From IMG/VR virus record IMGVR_UViG_3300044557_000292, positions 128,001-192,000 of that record: 64,000 nt of DNA; one strand, given 5' to 3'. Both the position numbers and the translations under genes were made by a program. A model generated the notes under the pieces. The model did not search any database. It was given only the letters and a program-made list of their open reading frames with translations, and had not been told where the DNA came from. The DNA comes from a virus. Lineage: Duplodnaviria; Heunggongvirae; Uroviricota; Caudoviricetes. Of the stretch, positions 29,261-41,900 are shown piece by piece. Position 1 is the stretch's first letter, and the number at the start of each line of letters is the position of its first letter.

Positions 29261-31570
29261 TTAATTATGGTGCCCGTTCTGAGTTGTCTTTGACAGGGTC
29301 AGCTCGATGATCTTATCAGATCCTACTACCAACCTAGTTCCAGGACTCACGCTCTGCTTCACGATCACGTGGCTTGACCATAATGTTCCCCCATCTATGG
29401 AACCATCAGATAGCTCGCTACGCTTGAGGATCTCACCCTCAAGTCCTAGTGATCGTAGTGAGGACAATGCTGACGATGGGCTCATGCCAGTGAGGTCGGG
29501 AACAATGACCATATTCTTGTTCACGTTACCGACCTTCTTCCACTTCGTGTCAGTACTACCAAGATCTAAGCTAGCATTCGCACTCCCGCTAAGATTGGTG
29601 GAAATGAAGTCCCTAGTAGACTGTAGAGCCGCCTCAGCGTACGGACCGCGCGAGTATCCACGCCAGACGTAGTAGTCCATAGGATACTTGAAGTTCCCCC
29701 TGGGGTCATATGCGTTAGAGTAAACCACGTACTGGCCTACGATCTGGGCCCACACCTGGTTAGCGTAATTGTCGGTAGTTCCAGACTTGCCTACTGTAAA
29801 GTGACCCGGTACCACGCCCATCTGACCGAATCTCCCGGGAATGTCAGTTCCGTTAATGTTAGCGTCCAGCGCCTTGAGTACAACGCTGGCGGAATGGGGG
29901 CTCATGACAGACCGGCACCCGTTCGTGTTCGGATTCCAATCATCGGGAGCTTGTATCGCATTACCGTCAATTCTAGACATAGACGTGATTGGGGTTGCCG
30001 GACAGTACACTCCTTCCGCGGCGAAGGTAGCATAGGCTGCGGCCATGTTGATCACGCTATTATCAGATACGCCGAGCGTGTATGACACTGATCGAGGTCC
30101 TATCGAGTCGGGTGCGGACAGTCCAACGCTCTTAGAGAAGTTCTTGACCGCGTTCACTCCTATCCTTGATTCCAGTTCAACGAACCACGTGTTAGCAGAG
30201 TATGCTGTAGCCTGACGGTACGTGAGATGACCACCCTGAAGCGCGCAAGACGTCGAGTTTAAGATTCCACCAAGTGGGACGTCAAAGCCGGGCTTATTCC
30301 ACGGGCACTGTGATGATATGGCGTTTAGCTGATCCTCAGTCCATCCCGCGTTCAGAGCTGCGGACAAGGTCATCATCTTGTACGTTGATCCAGTCTGAGT
30401 AGACGCGGAGGGGATAACGACCTCCGTCTGACCTGCGGCTGTATTTGATCCCCAATCCCTGTTGGACCCGATGGCAAGAATGTAGCCCGTACCCGGCTGC
30501 ACGACAGCGGTTGACTGGACCTTCGGATTCGTGACACCCCAGTCCGTCTTCAATTGGGCGTTCAATTGTTCAAGCATGGTGGGGTCTAATGACGTCTTAA
30601 TCTCAAAGCCACCAGCGCTTACGGTTCGAGCACGATCATTTGCCGTAGACCCAAGCATGGTATCATCGAGTAGATAGTTGATCACGAGCTGGCAGTAGAA
30701 TGGATACTTGCTTGATCCGCAAGAACCAGACCAGCTCTGAACGTGAGTGGCAATTGGATCCTTAACAGCCTTATCATGATCTTTCCTGGAGATCTTCCCG
30801 TTCGCTAGGAGTCTGTCGAGAACGTAGGTCTGTCGTTCTTTCACCCTGGCCGCCACCGTGGAGTCATCCATCTGTTTGAGGTTATACTCACTCGTATTAT
30901 TCACAGAACCGGCCAGCGCGGCAGCCTCACTGAGCGTAAGATCTTTAGCGTTCTTGTTGAATATGACCTCAGATGCCGTCTCTATTCCATACACGTTGGG
31001 GGATCCAATAGCGATCGTGTTAAGATAATTCAGCAGAATGTCATCTTTGGAATGATTACGCTCGTAATTCATGGCCAGTTTAAGCTCACGGATCTTCCTT
31101 GATATGGTCGTGGCGGTGGCCGACTTCTTCTCCTTGGCGGTTGCCGTGCTATCATAGAATAGAAGATTCTTAATGAGCTGCTGGGTGATGCCAGACCCGC
31201 CGCCACTCCCAGTTATGAAGCTTCTTATCGTAGCTGGGGCATCAATGGCCCCATGTGAATAGAATCCCTTGTCCTCGGCCGACACTATAGACTCACGCAT
31301 GATCGGGCTCACATCATTTAGCGAGGGAACGATCTTCCTATCCTCTGACCACACCTCGGCAAACTGATTCCCGTTCTTATCAAGCATGATGGTATGCTGG
31401 TTCGTGGTTATGGATGGAAGAGTGGAGTCAGCCTGCGTCCAATACTTGAATATGGGAGACACGGCGAGGAATACTACGCATAGACCAACAGCAATCATCA
31501 ACGTGATGGTTATGATCATTCCCGATATGGAAGTGACGAGCCGCACAAAGTCCTTTAACCTATCCTTCAT
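29261..31570 (-). CDS. Class A penicillin-binding protein (transglycosylase + transpeptidase + PASTA)
   Basis: SAEDKGFYSHG, GSGITQQLIKN, RKIRE, ILLNYLN; STYK, SAN, KSGT; C-terminal VPDLTG...QSVSPGT PASTA. Confidence 0.92.
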   Translation of the reverse strand: MKDRLKDFVRLVTSISGMIITITLMIAVGLCVVFLAVSPIFKYWTQADSTLPSITTNQHTIMLDKNGNQFAEVWSEDRKIVPSLNDVSPIMRESIVSAEDKGFYSHGAIDAPATIRSFITGSGGGSGITQQLIKNLLFYDSTATAKEKKSATATTISRKIRELKLAMNYERNHSKDDILLNYLNTIAIGSPNVYGIETASEVIFNKNAKDLTLSEAAALAGSVNNTSEYNLKQMDDSTVAARVKERQTYVLDRLLANGKISRKDHDKAVKDPIATHVQSWSGSCGSSKYPFYCQLVINYLLDDTMLGSTANDRARTVSAGGFEIKTSLDPTMLEQLNAQLKTDWGVTNPKVQSTAVVQPGTGYILAIGSNRDWGSNTAAGQTEVVIPSASTQTGSTYKMMTLSAALNAGWTEDQLNAISSQCPWNKPGFDVPLGGILNSTSCALQGGHLTYRQATAYSANTWFVELESRIGVNAVKNFSKSVGLSAPDSIGPRSVSYTLGVSDNSVINMAAAYATFAAEGVYCPATPITSMSRIDGNAIQAPDDWNPNTNGCRSVMSPHSASVVLKALDANINGTDIPGRFGQMGVVPGHFTVGKSGTTDNYANQVWAQIVGQYVVYSNAYDPRGNFKYPMDYYVWRGYSRGPYAEAALQSTRDFISTNLSGSANASLDLGSTDTKWKKVGNVNKNMVIVPDLTGMSPSSALSSLRSLGLEGEILKRSELSDGSIDGGTLWSSHVIVKQSVSPGTRLVVGSDKIIELTLSKTTQNGHHN

Positions 31571-31609
31571 GATGATTATAGTACCCTAAGGATAGGCTAT
31601 TCATCCTAT

Positions 31610-32692
31610 CTACTTATCATCGCCGCTCAGCATTGCTTCCATGTCGATCTCCCCCGAATCATCACCCATTGGGAATCCGATGTCTTCATAAGAGTCATCC
31701 ATTGATGCCGGCAGTGGAAGTCCTCCATCATTATCGTCATCATCGCCCATATCCGGCATTGGCATGCCTGATGAAGATGAATCGGAATCTGATTTGAAGT
31801 CGAATTCAAGATCGATCTTATTGTCGGCAGCCGCGGCCTCTCGAAGATTCCTAGGCTTACGGGTATAGCCCTGAGCTCTCATTTCTGTTGCGTCTGAATC
31901 GTCAGAATCTAAGTCAGGAAGTGGCATTGAATCTTCATTCAAATCGGGGAGTGCAGCGTCATCATCAATCTCGTTAACATCACCCTCCGTAGTCACAGAG
32001 TTATTCAACTTAAGACGCTTGTTCTCAAGGGACAGCTTCTTCAGCTTTGACTGTAGAATGCTGACCTGGTTCTGCAGGTCACCGTACTTAGAGTTACCAG
32101 GCTGATCGGTAGCTCCAGCCTTGGTCATCCTCTTGATCTTATCGTTAAGCTTGACGATCTCCATTTGCGCTTGCTGTAACTCGACCTCTGCCGTTGATGG
32201 CTGGCCGGTCATGACCGTAAGCCCGTCACTCATCTCAGCATTCAGCTTAGAGTTATGGAGGTCTGTTGACATCTTGTCGATCTGTGACGCCATCTTAGCC
32301 ACGTCTTTATTCCTCTTCTTGAGGAGATCTAGAAGGTAGGATACGGTGTTATACGTGGATTCATAGAAGGCATCAACCATCTTAGTGTCATAGCCCTCTG
32401 GACGGGTCATGTCGAAGGTCACGCGGTCGAAGTCCTCGGGTAGCATGTACTCGTCAGGAATAGAGTAATTCTCCTGCACGCCCAGGAGGCTGAGGATGTC
32501 AGACTTAGAATCGGTTACCGCGGACGCGCCATCTGATCCAACTGATTCCTTCTCTCCTATAGCATTAAGGACAGACTGTGGTATCCCATTCGCTGGATTA
32601 CCCTGATTGGAGGAGACCCTCCCCGAATTCCGATTGGGTTCACCAGGGACGATCGACGCGACCATTCCTTTTATCCTATCAAGAATACTCAT
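31610..32692 (-). CDS. DivIVA-domain coiled-coil protein
   Basis: PEDFDRVTF....EGYDTKMVDAF matches the DivIVA N-terminal motif, followed by coiled coils. Confidence 0.7.
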   Translation of the reverse strand: MSILDRIKGMVASIVPGEPNRNSGRVSSNQGNPANGIPQSVLNAIGEKESVGSDGASAVTDSKSDILSLLGVQENYSIPDEYMLPEDFDRVTFDMTRPEGYDTKMVDAFYESTYNTVSYLLDLLKKRNKDVAKMASQIDKMSTDLHNSKLNAEMSDGLTVMTGQPSTAEVELQQAQMEIVKLNDKIKRMTKAGATDQPGNSKYGDLQNQVSILQSKLKKLSLENKRLKLNNSVTTEGDVNEIDDDAALPDLNEDSMPLPDLDSDDSDATEMRAQGYTRKPRNLREAAAADNKIDLEFDFKSDSDSSSSGMPMPDMGDDDDNDGGLPLPASMDDSYEDIGFPMGDDSGEIDMEAMLSGDDK

Positions 32693-32755
32693 AGTTCCAT
32701 TCCTTCACTAGATGATGTTAAGATATCAAGACCATATTCATTAAGCGTAACCAGA

Positions 32756-35700
32756 TCATTGCAATGGACCCACGATGGCCTCAATGTCCTCGATCGAACT
32801 AATAGCATTCTCATCCCTACAGTTATCGCACACGTAATAACCACCGTACTCTGTGAGCTCTTCCCAGAAGAACTTCTTCTCGCAGATGATGCACGGCTGT
32901 CCAGTCCTCTCCCTGAGCTCTTGATCAACATCACCCTTGAATCCTTCAGCCCTAAGCTTAGCTCGAACATCATTCCTATTCTTGATCGACTTCGCCTGAT
33001 TACCTATCTGGTTGATCTGTCGACCCATTGACGTCTTATACATGGCCATCTTTCCTTGCGTCTTGAATCCAGTGGATGCACCACGGGCAGCACCATGCAT
33101 GATCTGCTTGAAGGTCCCATGCACAGCATTCCCGTGACGATCAGTAGCCCCATAACGCTCTTTACCGGTAACGATCTTATTACCCCACTTGTCAGTCTTG
33201 AAGGTCTTTCCATCTGACTCCATGGCATAGATCTTCTTACGCTTTACTGTACCGAGCGCAGCTCCACCAGCGACGGCTCCAGCGAACTTTCCAGTGCCTG
33301 TGATCATTCCCGTCATCTTCGAGCCAACCCTGCTCATAGTGCTGTTCTCACTTGCGTGCATCATCCTCATGAACATCTGGACGAGCTTATCCCTGTTCGA
33401 GTAGATCGCGTATCCAATGAAGATTGCCAGCATGATTGACTTGAGGTAGTCCATCATACCCGTTATACTGTCATACACCTTTGATGTCAGCACGAGGACG
33501 ATCACGTACAGGAGACCGTATGACACTCTCTTCACGATGATAGCCCATAGCATCTGTAGATACTGGCTAACGATCTGCGAGCCTGGACCCGCCCACAATC
33601 CCATAAGGAGGACAACTGGCGCGAATGCCATCAGAATGACAGACCCGCACGCGAGGAGTACAAGCGCGCCACCAAGGAAGAGTGGCACGATGAGTCCAAC
33701 AAGAGCTATGATGCTCATGAAGGCGATTCCTATTCTGCCCCATGCGTTACCCCCAATCCAATCATTCCAATATGACGTCACTTCAGCGCCGGGCATCTTC
33801 TCATACCTCAGAAGCTCATCAGATCCAGCGAACGCAATCTGGTCATCTGCCGTCGATCCCGGGACGCTAGAAGCGCTGCCGCCAGTGCCCAGCCTGTAGG
33901 CCTGATCGTACGCCCCCATTCCTCCGCTTCCAGCGGAGCTTAGTACAGATGATACGCCATTATAGATAGCAACCCTACCAGATCCTATGAGAACATCACC
34001 TGGTCTCAATCCAGAACCGGTATCGTAGTTCACGCCAGCATCAATCTTATGGAATCCGGCATTAGTAAGAGCATTGGGCAGCCCGTTAAGATCTGATTGT
34101 TTGATTGATATACCAGCGGCATTATAGGAGTCTATAATGAATCCAACCTGATCTTTATTCTGAGATCCGGAGTTCACGGAATCTTGAGCTTTACCGACCG
34201 CCTTATTGACTGTTGTGACCGAGCTGTGATTCTTCGAGTCAGACTGGTTGATCGTGTCGTATCCAGAGACGACGTCAGCAACCCTCCACCAGTCACCGTT
34301 AGTAGAGTCAATGATACGTCCACTCTTCTGGATCTGGTCGACAGACGTATAATTGACCTTATCCTTGTTCTCAATCTTACCAGTCTTAGGATCAGCTATC
34401 GTGGATGGTATATGATCTTTCGACTGTGCGGATATCTGGTAGACAGCCCAGTTATGCATGACTTGCCCATCACCTAGCGGAACAGCGGCCAAACCAGTCC
34501 AATCACCCTGAACGCCCTTAGGATTGATCTCACTACCTGAACCCTCAGCGTACCCAGACGCATACAGGTTATCAACATTAGTTCCATACTGTCCAAGAGC
34601 CCACGGTATAAGCGTGAAGACCCTCCAGAACTGGCACGTCATGGTTCGGGATGTCCCGTTAGTAAGATTGTCAGCCCACCCCTGAATGCCGTCAACATTG
34701 ATCTTACCATTCTTGAAGAGGTCAAGGCTGGCATCCTTCTTGACCGTCGTTGACGTGAGATCAGTGCTGCACATCTCCGAAGACCCGCCTTGGATCGTGT
34801 TCGTCATGGCTGACATGGCGATGTATTGCAGCGCAGAACCAGCAGTGTTCGCAAGATTGGCGAATATTGTTGGCATGGCCAGCATGAGGTATCCAAGGAA
34901 GAAGCAGACAAGTACTTGGGCAAGATCTTTCATGGCTGAGGCGAACTGCCGTTTGGCAATAGCCTTCCATGCGAGATATCCTCCAGTGAGGAGAATCATG
35001 AACGCTGCCAGGGGAACGAAGAGACCGTTCAGAAGATTCTTCATGATGCTGGCAGCAACGTCATCAAGCCCCATTGCGCCAGCAACATTACTGAAACTCA
35101 GGCTGATAAACGTGTTGTTGACGGCGACCAGCGACTTCGTAACCCAGAAGATCGAGTTCGCAATGTTGAGGGCAAAGTTGTTATTGAACGTGGCTATGAC
35201 TGGTGAGCCCTTGAGCTTAACCCGTGGATCAGAAGACGAGTATCGATCAGCGTACTGGTCAAGAGGCCTATTCCTGTTAGGATAGTAAAGATTAAGCTCT
35301 GGATCTTCTGGGGCCTTATCGTCATCACCGGTTCCATTAGCACCGCAGTAATAGACCTTAATCCAATTCCACTCACCCTGGTACCCAGTCCATTTGAGTG
35401 GGCTGAACCCGAAAAGATCGTATGGAGTGTACTTCTTACCACCGCCGTTCTGGGTGTTCACGATGCTCAGTGTGGCCGCATCAAAATCTTTTCTCGTGAG
35501 GGCATTAGGCCAGCTGTCATTGCCAGATTCCGCCTCTGCGCCCACCTCGCTCTTCGATACAAGATTCTTCTGCAGATCCTCGGTCTGGGTGATCTGGTAG
35601 ATCATCCTCATTGGTGACGGGCTATAGTCAGATGAATCGGAAGACTCGGAGTCATCCGCATTGTCTGTTCCCCAAGTGCACAGAACGTGTCGAATAAGAT

Positions 35701-35875
35701 CAGCATCGGCCTGCTGTTGGCCAACTCCAGCAATGACCAGTGAAGATGAAAGCGCGGTCATGACGAGGAGGATTACTGATAAGAACACTCTTATCCTTGA
35801 GGGCCATCGATGCAGAGGGCGTACAGACACCCTGTCAACATACGCTGCGCTCATAGTCCTCGCCTCCGTAACCAT
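32756..35875 (-). CDS. VirB6/TrbL-like polytopic conjugation protein, paralog A (degenerate NlpC/P60 insert, C-terminal CxxC...CxxC)
   Basis: Two TM bundles around a large external loop; C.FW..F...PW..GQYG and HNWA.YQ motifs shared with the paralogs. Confidence 0.7.
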   Translation of the reverse strand: MVTEARTMSAAYVDRVSVRPLHRWPSRIRVFLSVILLVMTALSSSLVIAGVGQQQADADLIRHVLCTWGTDNADDSESSDSSDYSPSPMRMIYQITQTEDLQKNLVSKSEVGAEAESGNDSWPNALTRKDFDAATLSIVNTQNGGGKKYTPYDLFGFSPLKWTGYQGEWNWIKVYYCGANGTGDDDKAPEDPELNLYYPNRNRPLDQYADRYSSSDPRVKLKGSPVIATFNNNFALNIANSIFWVTKSLVAVNNTFISLSFSNVAGAMGLDDVAASIMKNLLNGLFVPLAAFMILLTGGYLAWKAIAKRQFASAMKDLAQVLVCFFLGYLMLAMPTIFANLANTAGSALQYIAMSAMTNTIQGGSSEMCSTDLTSTTVKKDASLDLFKNGKINVDGIQGWADNLTNGTSRTMTCQFWRVFTLIPWALGQYGTNVDNLYASGYAEGSGSEINPKGVQGDWTGLAAVPLGDGQVMHNWAVYQISAQSKDHIPSTIADPKTGKIENKDKVNYTSVDQIQKSGRIIDSTNGDWWRVADVVSGYDTINQSDSKNHSSVTTVNKAVGKAQDSVNSGSQNKDQVGFIIDSYNAAGISIKQSDLNGLPNALTNAGFHKIDAGVNYDTGSGLRPGDVLIGSGRVAIYNGVSSVLSSAGSGGMGAYDQAYRLGTGGSASSVPGSTADDQIAFAGSDELLRYEKMPGAEVTSYWNDWIGGNAWGRIGIAFMSIIALVGLIVPLFLGGALVLLACGSVILMAFAPVVLLMGLWAGPGSQIVSQYLQMLWAIIVKRVSYGLLYVIVLVLTSKVYDSITGMMDYLKSIMLAIFIGYAIYSNRDKLVQMFMRMMHASENSTMSRVGSKMTGMITGTGKFAGAVAGGAALGTVKRKKIYAMESDGKTFKTDKWGNKIVTGKERYGATDRHGNAVHGTFKQIMHGAARGASTGFKTQGKMAMYKTSMGRQINQIGNQAKSIKNRNDVRAKLRAEGFKGDVDQELRERTGQPCIICEKKFFWEELTEYGGYYVCDNCRDENAISSIEDIEAIVGPLQ

Positions 35876-35948
35876 AAATAATGAACCATATGTAAGATAT
35901 CGCTAGATTTCGCTATCAACGACCATCAAACAGGATTGATTTAAATCG

Positions 35949-38900
35949 TTAGCTCTTCCTGCGTGAGTCACGCTTCCTCCTCTGGTGGCGCTCCTCGGCC
36001 ATCTCACTCCACGTCTTCCTCTTCTTAGCATACTTGAGTGTCTCGTCATTAATGATCGTGTTGTTCCTATTCTTATCACTGCTCTCAAGAACATAGTTAT
36101 TTTTTCCAGAGAAACTAGAACTGACCCTTTCCTCGGAGATCTTACCCCCTTTTCTTCCAATGGGGGGAGTGTCTCTAAGCTCGGCGGCATGGTTTTTAAT
36201 AGTCTCATGATAATCATCTAGTCGTTCTGTAGGATTGCCTGCAGCGTGGCTCCTCGTCGTCCTCGTTCCCCGTCTGGTGGTATTACTAGACGAGCTTGAG
36301 GATGTTGACGCATTGTCACCATCGTCAGCTGGTTGACTAGAACCGTGCGAGGATTGTCCAGCGTTATCGTTAGTGCTGCCACTAGATGATGCAGGAGTTG
36401 ATGCAGTACTACCGGGTGTCGTTGATCCACGGGTTCCTTGATGAGCCCGCGTGCTTTCATCAGGGGCACTGCTTGAGCCCGCGGAACGATTTGGGGCAGC
36501 GGACGGGCGTGGAGACGCAGGCGGCACGCTGCCAATGTTCTCATTGTCATGGCGACCTCTGTTCAGCACGCTATGAGCATGGCCCTTGTCGAGGAAATCA
36601 TCCACCTGCTTAGCGTCATCATGGCGAGCAGCATTATACTCATCCTGCTCCTGAACATCGCGGACGGTCTCCTCAGGAGTCCACCGCGACCCATCATTGC
36701 TAGCATGATTCCGATCAAGCGTGTCATTATAAGCCTTATGTGAGTCAGCCCTAGCCAACTCCTCGGCCTTGAACGGATTATCAGCGTGCTTCTGCCAGTA
36801 TCCCAGACGATCCTTGTAAACGGCATCTTCCATCTCAGAGGCCTTAGCGGGCGCGGTGATCCTCCTGGCGTCTATTCCCTCCGCAGTCGCCTTGGCGTTC
36901 ATTGAGGAATCGTCATCATCAGCGAGACCCTCCGCTCTACTAGAGTCATCAACCCATTCGGTCCTATCATGACTGAACGGCCTCCTCCTGGGAACATGAA
37001 CCCTCTTCTTGCCCTCAGATGCAGCCGTATAATCCTCCTCGGCTTCGGCAACCTCGTGAACCTCGTCTTTAGAGATCCTGTTAACGTTGAAAACACTGAA
37101 CTCTCCAGTACCATCAGTAGCTAGTCTGGCGCCCTCAACACCACGAGTTTTATTTACCATCCTATTGAAGAATCCGGCAGTAGAGGAATTAGAATTCTTG
37201 ATCGCCCTGGTGGCAGAATCATCAGACCCGTTGATGGTCGTCCTCAATTCTTCCATGGCCTCATTCTGTAGAGACTTGATCTTTGCGACGTTGTCTACAA
37301 TTGAACCGTCGGGGAGCACGATCCTCTGAGTATCATTGAGAATATCATTCTTCCTATCAGACTCCAGCTTCATCTGATATGCAATATCCTTCTTAATAAC
37401 CTCAATTTGCGACTGGGCTTCTTTCTGCTTAGAGATGTTATCATCAAGCTCTTTCTTAAGCTTCATGACCTCCTCCGAATGGACGGTGGTAACGCTGGTG
37501 AACATTGAGTCTGTGGGTTCGGTCTTGATCTCTATCTCGTCTTGTAGTAGTGTAGCCTCACTCTGCAACTGCGAAAGATTCACAGCCTCAGTTGTCCTCT
37601 CTGATTTAAGGTTTTCAATATTACGGGCAATGTCGAGATCTTCCCTACCAGTCTGATCAAGTATCCCGCTAGCCTGTTGAGCCTTCTTGGTCGTTATGAT
37701 CTGATTCTCTGCCGTCTTCACGGCAGCAGATAGGGCGATGGTCTCATTGATCTTATTCTCATAGTCACGATCACCCATCTCACCAGACTCATGCTTCTTC
37801 TTATACGTGTCAATCTTGGACGTCACCGTATCGCGCCATGATGCTTCCATGGCCTTAGACTTAGACACGTTATGAGAGTCAACCACGTACTGGCTTTGTA
37901 GGGACGACTTGCCCTCCGCGATCTTCCTCATGGCAGTCTCATAGTCTTTCCTCTCGTCGGATCCAGGAGCATATGCGTTAATATCACCGTAAGCCGTCCT
38001 TATGGCTTCCTCCTGGGTCTTGAGATCGCGCATGCCCTGCTCATACTTTGAGGACAATTCCATCATTCTTGAACGGATCGCGCGTTGACCAGCCGGGGTT
38101 GCCTCCTCAGCAAGTGCTTGGGTGTATTCAGGTCCAAGCACTTCTTTAAGGGCGGCGCGGCGCTCGGCCTCGAATCGGTCAGTAACGTTAGCGGTGGCAA
38201 GATCCATCTTCATCTCGTCAATCTTATTCACACTACTAGACTCGATGTTACTCATGACCTTCTCACGAGCTATATTCTCATCCCTAAGTGTAGCCGTTGA
38301 CACGTCTTTATCATCAGCCGCAAGCTGCGCGTTCACCATGAACTCAATGTCTTCAGGATCATATCCCCAATCATTGATCTTATGATCTATAATCTGCTCA
38401 TTGTTGAGAATGTCCCCGACCTCAGCCCTCACCTGACGCCAGTCACCGTTCTGCATGGCCATATCTATGTCTGCCTGCAGCATCATTGGGTTGGCGGTTG
38501 ATGTGATGATCCTCCTCAGCTCGTTATCATCGATATCATTGATACCAATGGCCTCACGGAGACTGGTTATCGGCTTACCGTACTCATCTGTTCCGAAGAA
38601 CCCGTTGTCCTTATCAACAGCAGCCATAAGCTCTAACTGTGACTGACTCACCCTGTTGTCAAGATCTGTATCCATATCATGATCAAGTTCAAGGAGGAAG
38701 TTCGACTGACCATTCCTCAGCCTACTCAGCCTTGAACGATTCATGATCCTACTGATCCTGAATGAAGCTTCTGAAGCCAAGGAGATGTCTTGAACGGTCA
38801 GACCATTCTTATCATAGACATCATGACGATTCCTCTCCCTCTTAGCCAAATCCATCTTATTCTTGACGACGCTCTTTAGGGCGGCACCTGCAGCGGCGCC

Positions 38901-41900
38901 ACCAGCACCACGCGCAGCGTTAAGCTGAGCTGTAAGATCAGCATCGTTCATGGTCTTCTGCAGTCGCATCTTCCTCAGCATGGCATTCTGAACGACCAGG
39001 TACTGCTTCCTCTTCGCCTGGTAGGCAGCGTTGATTGGGATGATCTTATTCTCGTTTATAGCGGCGAGCTCCCGCGTAAGCCTAGCGCGCTCGGCTTCCT
39101 TACCAGGAACACCCCTTAGCGCGCGAAGCTGCCTTCGTATTGAGTTCGCTTCAGCATTAACACCATCAAGCTTGCCCTTAAGAGCCATAAGACTGTTGTA
39201 CTTGCCCACCATGTCCTGAGTGGCTGACCCGACGCCATTCTTGAAGTTGATATTATTCCCAGCCGTAACAGCTTTTACGTCAAGCTTGATGATCCCATCT
39301 CCGCCGGTGACGGGATGGCCATCTCCATCCCTCTTCATGAGACTGTTGACTCCAGAGATCTGCTTGTTGAGGCGACCACGCACCTTGCTCCTACTATTCT
39401 CATCGCCAGCATTTCCAGCAAGAATGAGTCCAATAGCCGCGCCAGTACCGCCAACGAAGATGTCATGAGCGTTCTGCCTCATCGTGCTCGTGAACGTGTT
39501 ATTAGATATGGCGTTGGAGATCGCATTCTCCTTATTCTTCCAATCACCGGCCTTACTGTCAATATTGGCCATCACGTTGCTCATAAGCTCATCTGCATAG
39601 AACATGATGGACAGGCAGACCACATAGATTCCAATCACTGCCACCGTCCACGACGTTGACGGTCCGTCGGCCACTTCTAGCATGATTACTAGGGCTATGC
39701 ATAGGAACACGGTCGATAGTATTCTCTTGATGATGTTAGACGCAATGTCGAACAGGTACGTCTTCATCTTGTTCCATCCGCTACCAGGCATAGCACCAAT
39801 GAGGAATACGAACGGTGAAGCCAGGAGTAGAAGGGAGACCATGACCGTGTACCTGATCTTCTTGAGGGCGAGTCCTCCAATAGCGATGAGCCCAAGGATG
39901 GCAGCAGGTAATGCGGTGAGACCAATGACGAACTTGGTGTTCGTAGCACCACGCCACGTATCCCAGTGCGATGCGTCCCTACCAGCGCCGTTATTCGGAC
40001 CGGCCTGGAGATCCACAAGCCTGTACATGTTCTTATCAACAGTCTTAGCACTCGTCTTATCGGCCGTGCTAATTGTTCCCGATGTAGTATGGGCCAACTG
40101 ATAGATAGCCCAGTTGTGAAGCGTGACGCCACCACCCATGTTCACGTCAGCCGTTCCAACAACATCCTGCGTGGCCTGATTGATGTTGAACTCATTAGAG
40201 TTTGCCTGGCCCTCTGAGGTCGAGTACCCGGTAGCCCATAGCTGGTTAGCACTCACGCCGAATTGCCCGTATGACCATGGGGTGAGGACGAACGTCTCCC
40301 AAACCTTGCACTGGAGAACCCGAATCTGCGCGTCAGGATTATACCCGGTATTAGTTCCGTCAAGATTACGGAATGACCCCGCTCCAAGCGTGCCCTTGGG
40401 AGCGCCGGTAGCGTCACAGATCTGGTCTTTGTCATTGCCGTTGAAGATGGTTCCTATGGCCGCCCTCTCCACGGCTGTTGGAAGATCATCAACCGCCTTG
40501 AACATGAGATCGGTATTGAACAGGAGAACCGATCCTAGGAATACGGCAAGGAGGACCATGCCAATCTGCTGGAACGCGGCTATCGGCTGCCCTCTGACCA
40601 GCTTGATAATGATCATGAGCCCAGCGAGGCCAACAATGATAGCAATGAACTGCATGTACACGGAATCGCGAAGAGCGTTAACACCATTCTTTACGAGATC
40701 AGTGAACCCGAGCTTGGTTAGTATCGGCTCAAAGCTCCACCCGACAAGCGTGTTCAGGAAGATGACCACGTTCTGGCTAGCGCCAAGCATCCTCTGACCA
40801 TACTCATCCATCTTGTTACCTATGAGAAGGTCAAAGAGGTTAAAGCCCTCGTATGCTTGACGCCTTGTGTCCTTGTACGCATTGTCATTGCCCTTATGGG
40901 AAGACCCATAAAGACCACCAATGATCGTAGGACGCGGCTGGGTTGACGAGCACTGCCACGTTCCATCACTCTTGAAGGCCTCAAGACCAGGATCAGACAT
41001 AATACCCTGTGATACTGCCATCTGAATATAATAGTTCTGTGAGTGCCCCTTAGGATTGCCTTGATCATCAACGCAATACCAATCCCCGATCGAGTTCAGA
41101 CTGAGGTTCAGCTTGATGGCCTTGACAGCAGTATTAATAATACTGCCTATTTGATTGTTATACGAGTTCTCCTTGATCTTCTGATTCTCATTGGCCGCTG
41201 CCTTTTTCATGGCAGGATTCCAATCATTGCTTATAGCCTGGTACTTAGCGTTCGCGTCCCCCGTTATCCCATCATAATTCGAGATGTTGAGTCCTATGGC
41301 ATTGGCCTTATCATCGATACCAGTCCTATTCTTGTACTCAGCCCATGTTTCCAGTTTCTGCACTTGCTTGCACTGCCGTTCAGGCTCACTGGTATCGGGG
41401 TCAGTCACGATAGTACCGTCAGTATTCTTCTTGTCTTCCTTATCCTCATCATCACAGGTGTCTGGTCTCACAAGCTTGGTCTTCGGAGCATCTGGAATAG
41501 CGTGCTCGGAATAGTACGCTGCAAAATCTAGCTTGTCAAGCGTGTGATTAGCAATCTCACTCCACATGGCCGCCTTGGCCTTGAATGACGTGAGCGCGGT
41601 CTTCTCGATAGATGTTAGCTCTCTTACACCGTACACGGTCTGTGAAACGAAGTCTGGACGATACCAGGATCCTGCCACCGTCGAACCAGCTTCAATCGAG
41701 TACAATAGGTCTGAGAACAGGCTGTATCCGCCAGCCGCGAAACCGGCGCCCAGATGCTTCCAAGGATTAATGAACCCGAAGAACCCCTTCGTCCTAGTCC
41801 ACCAATCGTTATTACGATCTGTGAACTCGCCCCAATCATGGGCGGCGTCGTCTTTAATAGCCGTTCCAAACGATGCCAGGGCGTTACCGGCGACCTTGAG

